A stretch of 64,000 nt of DNA, from positions 1 through 64,000 of the forward strand of contig BQFW01000003.1 of assembly GCA_020891255.1 (NCBI GenBank). Direction: 5' to 3'. Positions within the stretch are counted from its first letter, which is position 1, and the number at the start of each line of letters is the position of its first letter. The notes beneath the pieces were generated by a model. The model did no database searches, had not been told where the DNA came from, and saw only the letters and a list, made by a program, of their open reading frames with translations. The stretch comes from Entomortierella parvispora E1425 (Eukaryota > Fungi > Mortierellomycota). Shown one piece after another: positions 47,951 to 61,400 of this stretch. Both the position numbers and the translations under genes were made by a program.

Positions 47951-48499
47951 GGGGGATCAGGGCCGTGTGTCCAAGGTATTTAGAGAGTGCGAGTATGGTT
48001 GCGTGTGCGTGTTGCGTATGCTGTCTGTTACTGATGGGCAAAAGACGGGAGATGGGAGGATTGCGTTAAAGTAAAAGGTGAAAAAGAAGAAAAGAAGGAA
48101 CAGGAACGTGAGTGAGGAGAAAGGGGGCAAGGGGAGAAAGAGGAGGTTGTGCGATGGCGATGGATCAGATCATCCAAATCAAGAGGCAATAAACAACAAA
48201 AGAAAAGTGGAAGAAAAAAGTGAGCTGAGGTCTGTGAGGAGCACAAAAGTGAGAGCAGTAAAGAACGAGTCGTCAATGTAGTCTGGAGTAACGGGAGATG
48301 GATCGAATGACGACGATGATTGGGGAAGGAGGGAGGAAGTGAAAGAGAAAAAAAGAAAAGAAAGATGAAGAGAACACAAATATGAAATGACGAGCAGAGA
48401 GAACAAAAAGAACGAACGGGAAGGACCGAAAATGAGATTCCAAGACCGTGGGACACAATAATTATTCAAGTCTTTTTTACTTTTTAATCCTGGACGTTG

Positions 48500-50040
48500 T
48501 TACTGCCTGTCATTGCCTGGCAAGAGGGACCATACCTGCCGGATGACCCCACGTTCCCCAAAGATGGGCTCATACTCGGCACCGGTAATCAGCTCGGCCA
48601 GAATCCATACGTTAGTTGCATACATGAATGCAGATGCCAAAAACAAGTTCCAGAACGTGTTCAAGCCCAAGAACTCGAGATTGTAGGCCTGCGACAGCCA
48701 AAGGGCCTGAGAGACAACCCATCCCAGCAACATGTTCCGGCCCTGGGAGCGGAGACTCATCCGGGGATTCGATGCCAAGCAGGGAATAAGCAAGGGCAAG
48801 AATACGATGTACCACATGAAGTACTATTGAGTAAAGAGAGACATGAAGAGAGTCAGGAACAGTCGCATTTGATGCTTTTTTAAATGGTATCAAGAGTAAA
48901 CAAGCTTACCTGAGCGGTGCAGACTTTGTTCCAGGCCACAAAGGCAAATGTTTGCAAGAATGCACAGAAAAAGATGTCCTTTCCAAAACAGCAGCCAATG
49001 GCCAGCACGAGCGCAAGCTGTGGCACAAACGTGAGGACACCAACCAATGTGCCCGTGGGCGAGGTGAAGGTCAGGTAAATGTTGTAGAACCAGAACGAAA
49101 AGTTGTGGCGATGGTCCTTGCGCGTCACATGGTACAGATAGGTCTCGAACAAGAACTCGTATCCATAACTATCACAGAGTCAAGAAAGAGCTGTTAGCGT
49201 CTTCTCTGCTACAAATACAATGCCCAGACAAAAGGGAATGGTTGCCACTTACAAGTAGTACATAAGACCGGTGATGAGGAAGAACCATCCACCACTGAGC
49301 AGACCGAATTGGATACGGCGCCAAGTGATAAAGTCCACAGCATCCTTGGCCAACCTCACGACGAGAGACTGGTTCGAACGCTCGTCCTTGGCCGATCCAG
49401 AAGCACCCTCCGCACGTTGGCGAGATCCACGAGAGACTGCCTCGGTGCTGCCTCCGGTTTGAGCTCCATAGTTATCATCCAGCATGACCAATAGTGCGAT
49501 CGAGTAGATGATGGGGTAAGTCTTGAAATGCACACTGAGTCCATAAAAGAAGGCGCCCCAGCCAATCCTGCGCTTCATGATCAAGTAGAACGACCCAAGG
49601 ACCATGGCTCCAATCACACTCTCAGCATTGCCTCGCGTCGAGATGTTGGCGACCATGGGATTCAGGAGCCAAAGCGCCGTGAATTTGACTGCCCTGGATT
49701 CGGACATGCCTCGGAGTCGTAGAATCTTTTGAATCAAGACACCGATTAGGAGGTTGGCCCCTGTGAAAATCCACTTGCCGAAGGACTCGTGCAGATAAAT
49801 GTTGGGCATCAGCATCTGGGCCAAAAGAGGCGTGTATCGATAGGTAGCGCGTCTGTATGGTGAAAGTCCTTGTGTAAGGTATCGGGAGGCGTCCGTGAAG
49901 ACAACATAGTCAATGTCTGTGTATTTCACGACGAGATGGGTATCCTGCCAGTGGCCATAGATTAACAAGATGGCATGCAATGCCACGCTGGCGCCGATCA
50001 GTTGCCGGAACGTCACGTCGAAAGAAGGCAGTCGCAGCAT
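48500..50040 (-). CDS. GPI14: GPI mannosyltransferase I (PIG-M/Gpi14)
   Basis: VKYTDIDY.VFTDA, PYRRATYRYTPLLA, WLLNPMVANISTRGNAES, HFKTYPIIY, YLYHVTRKDHRHNFS, NKVCTAQ. Confidence 0.95.
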
Positions 50041-50330
50041 GAGCGTCGATTTATAGATTGTGAATTCCTTTTGTCTCTTCAATCCTGTGGAGTCTTGGGT
50101 TCAAGAGATGCAGTTGGGTATGAATCCTGGTCTTGACTCCTGGTTCCTGGTTCCGAGATGGTTGCAATGCTGGTTCTGGTTCAAGACAGGATGGAGCACG
50201 GCTGATCACCTTCCGTGTCACTTAAGGGGAGCCACAATCTGTGCGCCACTAATTTTTTTGGCCTTCGTTTTTTTTTCTGGTGATTTAATCATGGCATGGA
50301 CGTTTTACAAAACAACACGGTCTGCTAGAT

Positions 50331-53300
50331 CTACTCCTTCAAGCGACCATCCTGGCGCAGGATATTGATATCATAGAGAAGATCCAGAAGTGTCGACGAC
50401 GACCACGCCTGCGACTGGCATGCATCCATGCAAATGGCGCCATCCAAATTGGTCAACTCTGCCAAACCCGCCCAAGGACTGGTCTCCAATTGAGCCTTGT
50501 GAGGAAGCATCATGCGGTGCAGCTCGAAAACAGTGTCCTTGACCTGTACATCGTCAAAGAGGGAAATCAGAAAAAGAGGAAGTTAGGAAACTGTCTATGT
50601 TTCTCCGCCAGTTTAATATAACATTGGCCCTTCAGAAGTTTTACCTTGTCAGGTTCGCACATCAGTCTGAAGTGCAAATACGCGCGGAAAAAGTAGCCAG
50701 TGCACCAAAGCCATTCCTGAATACCATGAAAACTCGGGTGTGTTAGAAGTCAGATCTACAAAAAGGGGTACCAGGCTACGCATCGATTACTCCCTTAACA
50801 ACTTACAGGTCCTTGGTGATAGTTCCAGCCTTTTGCAACCATCCGATCGTCAGAATCGTTTTGGTTGTCATAGTTGGGTCTGTATGCCCAGTCGATAGAG
50901 TCCAATGTCCTCATACCTTTTTGACAGAAGAGACGATGGTTGGTTAGCGCTCAGTGTGTATCCATCACTCATTTGTCCATCGTTCATTGTCAAGAACCCA
51001 CCAAGTGGACCAAGAAGGACTTCCTTGGCAAGATTGAGAGCTCCCATGGCATGCTCCTTGTTGAAAAGCTCGGGCGCGACACACATCGCCACCGGGAAGT
51101 TGGGACGCATCTGGTAATCTGCGAATGGAGTGATAGATCCATACGTGTCCTTGTACATGCCGCGGCGATTCACAAGCTCAGAGTGAATCTTGTATTCGCC
51201 ATCCTTGGCTGAGTCTAAAGGCACATAAAAGTACTTTTCGAAGTTCTGCTGGATCAAGTCATTCCATTGCTCGATTGTAAGAGTCCGTGCCGGACGCTTG
51301 ACGCCCTTGAAGTGTGTCTCGCCAATCTGGATAGTGTCCAATCTGAACTTCTTCTTTTGATGAAGTTCAATCACCCAGCGCAACGAGGATTTCAGTAATC
51401 CGATGATTTCCACGTTGGCGCCATCGCGAGGAGTGGCAGGAACTCCCTTGGTGCCGGCCTTGGCGCTTTCTCCCATCTTGTCCATCCAAGTGCCGCAGTT
51501 GTAAACACTTCCTCCAGTGACAAATCCAGTAGTAAAGTCGAGATCCACATCCACCTGGAATCCCTTGTCCGACATTTGCTCATCCAATCTAGGACCGGCA
51601 TTCCATTCGCGATAGTGGATGCCATTGGCATGGGCCTCCAAAATCTCGACCAGGATGTCCTCAAGCGTAACTGTGGTCGAGTATGCCTCGGGGCTGGTGT
51701 ACTCGACAAAGCGTTGGCCGTCAGGGAACCGGCGGGCAAATGACTCTTGCAAGATATCCTCACCATTCGGGACTAGAGTGCAGTAATCTTGGACAGACTG
51801 GAAGAACCACCAGACAGAATCTCTGGAGTTGTATCGGGGGGATCTCAAACTGTCGAGCAAGTTTGGAATCATGCCATGCTTCAAACTACTAGCAAAAGCA
51901 AGGATGTGTTCCTTTGCAGCTTCGAACTGCCCTGTAACAAGCAGAATGCCACGCAAACTGATAAAGACATCGCGTCCCCATGTCCTCATGTGACGGTAGG
52001 TGAAATGAGGCAATCCTGCTGCCAAACTTGGAGTTTTGGCCGTTGGGTTCAAACTGGCAGAATCCACAAAGCTGTACACCTGCATCGCGGTCAGGCTCAA
52101 GGAGCGAGTGAAGTAGTCGCCCTTTTGAATCAGCGGTGTCATCAACTGGTACGCCCGCACCCTGGCAGCTTCGTAAGCGGTCATGACAGCTAGTGCAAAG
52201 TATCGGGGAACCAAGTAGTTTGGAAGCAACTTGATAGCACCCATGCGATCTTTGTACCATTCAAGCACGGAAGCCAACGCAGGGAAGATCGCCAAATGTC
52301 TAGAAATCGAATTCAATGAGCACAGTCAATACCATCAATAAATACTTTACAGGTGGCGGACAAATATTTGAATATATACCTTTGGATGCGGTCGCTGATA
52401 TAGTCCAATGCCCAGTGACCTTGACGCAAGTGGGCGCAGAAAGGGTGGCCAAGATCGTTGGATTCAATGATTGGCTTAAGAACCGAAACGTAGCCCTCCA
52501 ATCCGCAGTAGACCAAGGAACCATGACCAGGAATATTGTAAACACCATTGCCGGCTGATAACCATGAAATAAAAAAAAAGAGAGTTGATAAGTCATTTTG
52601 GTCTTTGCGTGCATTTGGTCAATGAACAGAGCTATCTGGAATAATGCACTCCACTTACGAGTCAAATCCTGCTCCTCGCCATCGCAGCGATAAAGGACCA
52701 CATTCAGCTCCATCCACCCAAGAGAGCCCATCACGCGTTCGGGGATGGTTCTCACCAAGGTCTCAATGTCACTTGGCACTTTGCTGTCGACAGAGGTTTC
52801 CAAAAGAATGATGCTGCCTCCAGGGAAACGCTCGGGGATTTCGATTTCTGTGAAGGCACCCTGGTCATCCGACAAAGCTGAAATCTTTGGCAAGGCCAAT
52901 TCGACAAGCTTGGAAGGCATTCCCTCCAAAAACTTGTCGTTCTTGTCCACAGTCCTAGACGCGATCTCCAATCCTACGGACATGATGACCTTGGTGGTGG
53001 TGTCACGAAGTCGAATAGGTTGGATTTCACCCCTCTTGGGATTGTCGTAAAATGAGGTGTGTGCAATCAAGATGTATCCTTTCAGCGTCTTTGGGTGCTG
53101 ACGATGGACAATGATATACTAGTGGACGTGGACCCAAGGCAAGGAAAGACCAGTCAGTTTAGGAACAAACAAATTGAATCCACTAGAACAACAGGGACAC
53201 GATTTCTTGCTTCTTTACCTCATTTTCGTGGTGGACGTGCGCCTCTTCATATCCTTCAAGTGCTAGCTCTGCATGCAGCCTGTTTAAACGTGCCTTCACA

Positions 53301-56300
53301 CTGCAGATTCCCACAGCCATGGGGTCCTCGTAAGTCACATAGTGGCGAGACTCTGTGACCAAGTTGAGCAATGTTGGATAGATCTCATCGTATCCCTTCA
53401 CAGAGCCGATGGCGCAAGAGGTCATGCACACAAGAGCGCCGTTGGAGAGGGTATCCTATTATGAAGAATCGAAGTGGCAGCTCATCAATACCACTTCATG
53501 ATCAAGGCAATGAGATCGTGTAATTATTTACCTCTGCACGTCGCTTTTGATTCGGGGTCTCGTTATCGTGCGTACAGTCCATGAAGAGTGCGTGAGGGTG
53601 GGAGCCCACAAGGGGTGATACTCTGCTACGAACAACCTTACCATCTGGTGTAACCCGGGATACATCCTCGCAAAGACTACTACGATCCATGCAACCTACA
53701 TCCAAAATCGATTAGATGGGGCTCGCTCCATAGATGAATCAAGAATGTGAATCCAACTGCCTTTTTTTTTTTAGCTTACCCACAGGCTTGAGACCATGTC
53801 TGTGAATGAGCCGGCTAAGTTCACGAGGTTCCCAAGCTTGCATAGCCTCACGAATAAGGGAGTTGATTCCGAGGCGACTGACGAAGCGAATGTCCATGGC
53901 TTCAGAACCCGTAAACAATTCAGCTACAACATATAGATTTGGCCTGACTGTACGAGCCGCATCGAGCAGATATTGAGCCAAATGGATTGGGGTCGAATGG
54001 CAATTGTCGATGCGGAAGCCATGGAACAGTCTTGCGGATTGCATTGTGTACTCTTTCATACGCTCCCACAAATACGGCACATCCTCCTATACAATGACAA
54101 GAATTCAAGGCCGTTGTTAGATCGGCTTTTCAAACACAAAACTCGTCGGTCTTCAATGTGTCCTTGCATATGTCAAGACTTACGGGTCCATTTCCATATC
54201 GTAACTTGACACAATCCCCCCAAATAATGACCTCTCTTCGAAGGTAGGCATGGCTTGATTTTCCTGCAAAGTCCTGGAGGGGATCAGCATTCCAAATCCA
54301 GCCATTGTTAACGAGAGCAAGTGAGCCAGGAGGATGAGCAGCGGTCCTTTTGTTTTCTGGCAAACGAGTGAAGTAAGTCTCCACCAAAGGGTTCCTAAAG
54401 GTTGAAGGGGATGGCTGAATGAGCTACAACGTCTGCAGTAGGGTCAACACGTTCTCTTGAGCAACACCAATTTACTCTTCTGTGACAGGTCCGAGTCTAG
54501 GTCCATGTTCATCAAGACGAATGTACTTGACACGGTTCTCAATGTTGGAGATGATAGTCGCCACGTCTTTATCGTACGACTTGTAAAACTCCAAGTTGAC
54601 CTCGTTCAAGATGGCCTTATAATGATCACAGATAGTGTCAATAGACTTGGGGCCTGAGGTAGTGAGTTCCTGATTCAGCAAGGCCGCCATAAATGACATC
54701 GCAACGTCTGTGATGATCTTTTTGTGATAGCGTGCTCCATGCTCATCCGCTTCAATCATAGCGGCATCGCGAAGGGTATCGGCCTTCTCTTTGAGTGTCA
54801 TCTTTTTCAGCTCCTCATGCTTGAACAGATCCAAGCGGTACTTGACCTTTGTAAGGATGCTCGACTCGAGTTCCTTCAATGAAGTGAGGACGTCAACGAC
54901 ATAAAACTCCCACAATTTGATCTCGGCAAAAACAACGCGTCGAAGTTCTGTCATGACGATTTTGAGCTCGGCTTCCGTTTTGATGTTGGATGGGAGCGAC
55001 GTTGCTGGGTCTGCAATGGATGCCGAAAATTTCAAAAGAGCGCTATCCAGTTCGAACGCGGGGATCAAGTGAGGTGAGTTGTGGAGATTGTATCCTAGAT
55101 CATGAAAGAAAGAAAAAAGATATTAGCTGCTGCTCTTTGGTAGTATAGACCTGATCCAGACGTATCCACCGGATACATACCTGCTTCAGGATGATCCCAG
55201 AGCCAAGTCGAGTTGCACGCCGTGTGGTTCCAGACAATGTCGGTCAGGGACAAGGCGCCATAGTCGTTTTCGATCCTTGTGAGCATAGCTTTGACAATGG
55301 CTCGCTGCTCGTCCTCGGATTTATCCTTATCCTTGTTCTCGAAGAGATGAGGGTCAAATTTGAGCTGATCAAAGATGGAATAGGGCGAGTTGGAGATGCC
55401 TCGATATTGCAAAGGGACAAAGTGGATCATGTTGTAACCACTCTTGGAGATGGTTTCGAGGTGAGGAGTCCATTCTGAGAGTTTCCCCATCCACTTTGGC
55501 ACGACCGATTCGATGACGAGTGCCTCCAGTGGCAATGATCCAGCGGCGCTAGATCCGTCCTTGCTTTCGACCTTCAATTGAGGGTCAACGACAAAATATC
55601 CAGTCTTGGATCGACCCCACACAACGGTTCCATTCTCGACGTATGGTGAATGCTCAACGTAGTACTCGAAGGCTCCTGCTCCTGTAATTCGAAGATCACA
55701 TTCTACCTCTAGCCCGGCAAGTCTAGAGCGAAAGATTGGTGAAAGCATTAGGTGCATGCATTAGGTCAGGACGTCGATTCATGGTGACAGGCATGTATCA
55801 ACACACGCCACTCTGGCAAACCTACGCGTGCTGGTAAAACTGGCTGCGTTGGAACGGTGTCCTACAAGAGCAACAGGCAAGAGAAAAGTAGGTTGCGTCA
55901 GTGGACACAAGAAATATCCCAACAGCGCGCATGACGACACGAAAAAGAGGACGGGGTCCTTCAGGTCTTGGACCGTGGGAAGGGGGCAAGGGGCTCCTCT
56001 CTTGTCATTGGTACTTACCCCTCTGGGGGATAGTTGGTCCACACGCTACCCTGGTTGGAGGCCAGGGATCCGGCAATGACCTTGAATTGAAGAATGTAAG
56101 GCGCGTCTGGCGGTGGCAGGCGATAGTACTATATGATCAAGATCGGGAGATCGGAGTTAGCTATCATGAAGAGGCACCTGTACGCATGAACAAGTATGGA
56201 TCCAGGAAGGATACGCACCGAGGAGGACTCTGCAGGAGAACCATCGTCGTCGAGCTCAATACGTAACACGACTGTGGGCTCTGCTTGGTCCGACATGAGC

Positions 56301-56302
56301 AT
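50331..56302 (-). CDS. GDB1: Glycogen debranching enzyme (4-alpha-glucanotransferase/amylo-1,6-glucosidase)
   Basis: [84 protein letters not shown]. Confidence 0.97.
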
Positions 56303-56883
56303 GGAGTTAGCGTGCAGCAGCAATGCGGATTGACGGCCTAGGAAGAAATGATGGGATTGGAGAATGAGGATGGAAGTGAGGACGAGCGATGGAGATTAGG
56401 CTCGGAGATTGAGCGATGAGAAAGAGGTGAGAAGATCAAAAGGCGAATAGAATGTTGAAACGATGGAGAAGAAAAGAAAGACTGGTGCGGGATGAACAAA
56501 GGTGCGCGTCTGTCCTGTGCGGGCTGAAGAAAAGAGAAGCGAGACGGGGACAGGCACAGAAGCGCGTCATGATGCCTCTGGTACAACACCTGCACCTCGT
56601 GCCACAACCACAGATAGCACAGCGAGCATGGAGGGCGATGTCAACACAACAAAAGACCCATGAGATCCAAGCGATCCCGCAATCAGCCTGCCTCCCCAAA
56701 GGATATCTCTGTTATCTTTGTTCAGAGAGCACTTTCTAAGTGCTCTCGACTGGAAGGAGGAACCTTCAGGAAAGAGGTGGTCCAAGACCCCCAGAAACCT
56801 AAATTATTTAGTCTACTATTTTCAGAGATACGTCACTCTTCATTTTCAGGAATAAAAATTATACAAATCTATTATAAATACTT

Positions 56884-57395
56884 TTATTTTTTATCCAGAG
56901 CGGGATCATCGCCAATGGTCCAATTGGTGGCGATAGGTCCGTGCCTCGTTCCCTCCTCAATTGACGCTCTCCTTGCCATGTAGAAACGCCATCTCGCTGC
57001 AGCGTAAGCCGTACACGCCCACACTTTCCATCCCTGCCTCATCGCTTGTGCCACCAATGCAGACATCCTCCCCAACTTCATCCCTGTGTTAATCAATGCA
57101 GTCATATTTTCACCCCTTGATGCCCGCTCAACGTTTGTGATCAAAACCCCGGCCGGAGACCACACACTGATGCACGGCATAACAGAGGAAAACAACATGC
57201 AACAACAAATAACAAAGCTTTCAAATTACCTGCTGGATGGAGAACCAAGCCCTTTGCTCTTTCAATCTCCCCCCTCACCCTCTCCGAAAAGCGCGCGCAG
57301 GAGCCCCATCTCCATCTAAAACTTGACGAGGCGCAAGCGTAACACAAACGTCCATCAAGCAAGCCGTCGTATGTAGTGGAAAATGGATACATCAA
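56884..57395 (-). CDS. Possible small orphan gene (one or two exons)
   Basis: ORF 56884-57198 ends just before an AT-rich, polyA-signal-like stretch. A possible intron at ~57229-57085 would join it to ORF 57141-57395. No recognisable motif. Confidence 0.25.
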
Positions 57396-58728
57396 TGGAA
57401 AGGAAGGAGTTCTTCAACGGGAATTAAGACCAGGATGCACATGCACATCTACGCCTCATTGTCGCCCCACCTTTTTCTTTCTCTGTGCAGGACGCCAAGG
57501 GCCCAACGAGCAAGATGCTTGCTTGCCTTTACTTTTGATCTGCCCACATTCTCAATGGTCATTACAAACAAACACGAAACCAACACGAACTCGAAAATCA
57601 CGCAAGAATGATCGCTCACCTTGTGCATTTTCTCTCACAAATAAAACGCGACAACGATAAAGAGGATCGAACCCCTTGGTTCGTCTTTCCTCTGTTTCTC
57701 TCGAACTCTCTTCTCGGCCTTCATTCTCTTTCTCGTTCTTTCTCTCTTCCTTTTTTGCTCTGTGTGCGCGTCCCTCTTTCCCCGCATCCACTCCGCACCG
57801 TGTGACATCTTGGTGTGTCGCAGCCAGTCCGTGTGCTTTTGCATGAGTTTGTACGCGTTTGATATTGTATTTTTTTTTTTTGACCCTGATCTAAGCAGCC
57901 TCAAACAAGGAGAGACAAAGTAAGCCGACAGAGCCTGCAGCAGCGGGACACAAAAGACTCTGAGCACGGCAAACCTCCGGCCAACGTCTTTGAAGGAAAA
58001 AAGGGGGTAGAAGGGGAACGAGGGGATCCCAATAAATAATATTGCGATGCTCCATGTACTACTCTATGTCTGGTGCATTGCATGTCACCAACACACCTGT
58101 TGTTTGCCCCCCACCCTCTTGGCCAACTTGCCTTTAGACACTTTGTCTAGTCTTTCCCCTGACCCCTCTGGGCTCTCTGTTATTTCTGATTCCTTTTGGT
58201 GACAAAAACCGGCATCTAGGTCTCTCTTTGTCTCTCTCGGTCACTATTCACCCATCCCCTCTTCAAACGCCCCCATGATTATTGGCTTTGTCAACCCTCA
58301 AACTTAACCTCAACTTTGTTATCGCCCGTGGCATTTCTAATCGTCAACCCCGTTGCCTCATTGCTTGGTTCAACAGAAAGAAAGAGAAATAAAAAACAAA
58401 AAAGAAACAGCACTTTTGGTCCAGAAACAGGAACAATCAACGGAGGTCCTAAATCACGCCTTCTCCTTGAGCCAGCCGTCCTCCTCCCCTATGAACCCCC
58501 TCGTCGCTCCTGACAAAAGAACTGATTCTTGGTCCAAAGTGGACATCTTTGATCCATTGGCTGCTACCCCGAACAACACGGATCGAGGCAGTGCCGCGAT
58601 CCTGGGGTAGGAATCAACACCAATGCTTCGCTCTCTCCTTGGCTGCCCGTTACATTGGTCCTAAAGGAACAAAATAGAGGGGAAAATAGGCCCATTTCTC
58701 TCTCTTTTTTGCTTTCAAGACGATCGTT

Positions 58729-58760
<32 letters not shown>

Positions 58761-59441
58761 CAAGGGCGCGTGTTCGCCAGGAAGGAAATAAAACACCACA
58801 AAAAGAAAGAACGACCTCGGGCTGCGACACTTGGACGTTGGCAACGAGCGAGAGCAAGCGAGAGAGACAATGTGAGCAAAGGGCGGGCGGCGGTTAACGC
58901 GAGAGGGAGGGGGGAGGATGCGCGACCTAAACGGTGGTGGTGGCCGTGGTTCCTTGCTCTCCCTCCCTCTCCCCAAAGGTGACGAAAAAAAACATTGTAC
59001 GACTCAGGAGGATAATTCGCCATTGATTGCATTCAATTGCTTCTGCTTCGAATTGGAACGCCATTCAGTTCTCGCGCGTCTTTTCTTTTTTTTTTTTTTT
59101 TTTTTTTTTGGATCGATGCGCGCCTTGACCCATGGTCAATCGCTGCATTATCGTTGGGTCTTTGCCGCCGTCGGTCATCATGCCCAAGGCCATGGGCCGC
59201 TTCCTTCGTTTCCCTTTTTGGTCTATTGCGCTCGTATATAAAGACTCATCTTTTTGCGACAAAGTCCTCCGATTGTGCCCTTCTCCTCCTTCCTTGCAAA
59301 AAAAAAAGAACGACCTTCCTGCATCCCATTCCTGAAGCCTTTGCCAGGTGTCCCTCCTTCCCTCGCTCTATCTTCGCCCTCTTCACTCCCATTCCTCACT
59401 CACGCTCTTTATTTTTTTGCAAACGTTTTTGATAATCAACA

Positions 59442-60962
59442 ATGGCGTCCGCCCCTGATGTCTCCGGTAATTAGATCCCCATCTCTGGCTACACACATCT
59501 AGCCTCTTAGCCCTTTTCTCCACCAGTCTATCGCCCCCCCTCCCTCCCCTTCTGCCTTTGTTTTCTAGCCGGCCCCTTGCCGCCCTCTCTCGGATCCCCC
59601 CCGCCCTACATATACACTGCACCCCTCTCTTGTTTGTCCAACAAAGATAGAAAACCCCAACTGATCCGCAAAGAATCTGAACCCTGAAGATTGACCCCAT
59701 CTCTCTTTTTTTTTCTTCCTTTTCTTCCCTACTGTATTGATAGAGGTCATCTCGCTTCTGGTCTCCTTGTTTGCCATCTCATTGATGTCGGTTCTCTTTG
59801 GTCGAAAGACCTCTGGCACGAGTCTGGCCAACATCAACTACGCACGTGGCTTGGTCGTGGCTCTATACATTGTCTCTTGGGCTTTCACAACCATTGCGGC
59901 CGTGTTGACATCGACCAACTATGGCAACATTGTGTCTTGCACAGTCTCTATTTTTGTTTGTCTTTCCTTGTACGCCGCCTCAAAGATCATCATCTATCTC
60001 TTCCTGATCGAGAAGGTCTATGTCGTGTCCTCTGTCGCCAGTACCAGAATGAAGACCACGGTAGGTTAATTCGATCGAGACCCTCGGACCCCTCTTCCCC
60101 TATTCCATCAACAAACCATCCTATTCATCCGTCCATTTGTCACATTATCCGTTGCGCTTGGGTCCCGCGTACCTCTTAATAAGATTACCTGGCTAGCCCC
60201 TCACCCCCCCTCACCCCCCCTCACCCCCCTCTCCTTTGTAATGCAACCGTTTCATCAATGCACTTTCCTATGCAGCTCACTAACGCGCACCATCTCCCCC
60301 CCCCCCCTTCTTTGTGTGCTTTTGTCCTACGTTGTCCAACCAATGAAAACAATCCATCCATGCAACTTGGGGGGAACGCTTTCTCGACCATCTCATAGCT
60401 GTACAAGGTCAACATTCTGCTCTTGACCCCTTACTCCGTGATCTTGGTCCTCATGATCCTCAGCCGCGTCGCCGTCATCAACGACAAGGATGAGTGCTAC
60501 ATCGGTCTGAAGCCCCTGGCCTCGATCACCCTCATCCTGTACGATATCTTCATCTCGTGCTGGTTGACTGTGCTCTTCATCCGCCCCTTGATGTCCACCA
60601 CCTCTGTCCTCCAGGGTCCCTCCAAGATGAAGCTCCGTCAGGTGGCTCAACGTACCTTGATCGGTTCCGTCGTCGCCTTGATCTTGAGTTCCGGCAATGT
60701 CTTCACGCTCGTCTACTTCCGTGGTTATGAAGACTCGGTTCTCTGCTTGCTCTCTTGCACCCTCGATGTGACCTTGAACGCCGTCACCGTCCACTGGGTC
60801 ACCTCACGTGCTCGTGGCTCTCACCCAACCGAGAAGGCCTCCCAGAGACACATGAACGCCAACACCAACAACAACAACACCTCCACGACCGAGAAGCAGG
60901 TGGCTCCCTCAGACACCCACATCTCGGTCACGGTCGAGTCCTACACCGAAAACAACTATTAA
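59442..60962 (+). CDS. Orphan 7-TM GPCR-like membrane protein (3 exons)
   Basis: MASAPDVS|EVISLLVSLFAISL.. gives seven hydrophobic segments, with a Cys at the top of TM3 (IVSC) and one in ECL2 (DECYIG). Confidence 0.78.
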
Positions 60963-61164
60963 TTCCTTCATTTCTTGTTGGAATCAAGAGTCTCGACCGA
61001 TATCATCCAGGGGTGTTGATGAAATAGAAGAAAAAAAAACTTCTTTTTTTGATGAAGAGCCATCGAAAGAGCCGCTATTTCTCCCTCCCCCCTCTTCTCT
61101 TTTTCATGTCTACCATCTTCCCCTTATAGCTCCTTATTAAACACGATAATATGTATATACAGTC

Positions 61165-61195
<31 letters not shown>

Positions 61196-61400
61196 GACAG
61201 CAATCTATCTTGGGCACGGTGTGGACATTTCTGAAAGAAAACAAAAACGAGTTTTAATTGCATCCTCCACATGAACGAGGGCTAATCTGATTCGATCAAA
61301 AACAACAGTAATGACAACGACAAAAAGAGAGAGGGTGATAGAGTCTGTGGGCGATGTTTTGGAGACAGCAGGAGGTGGCTCTTCATTCTTGTGAGGTCCC

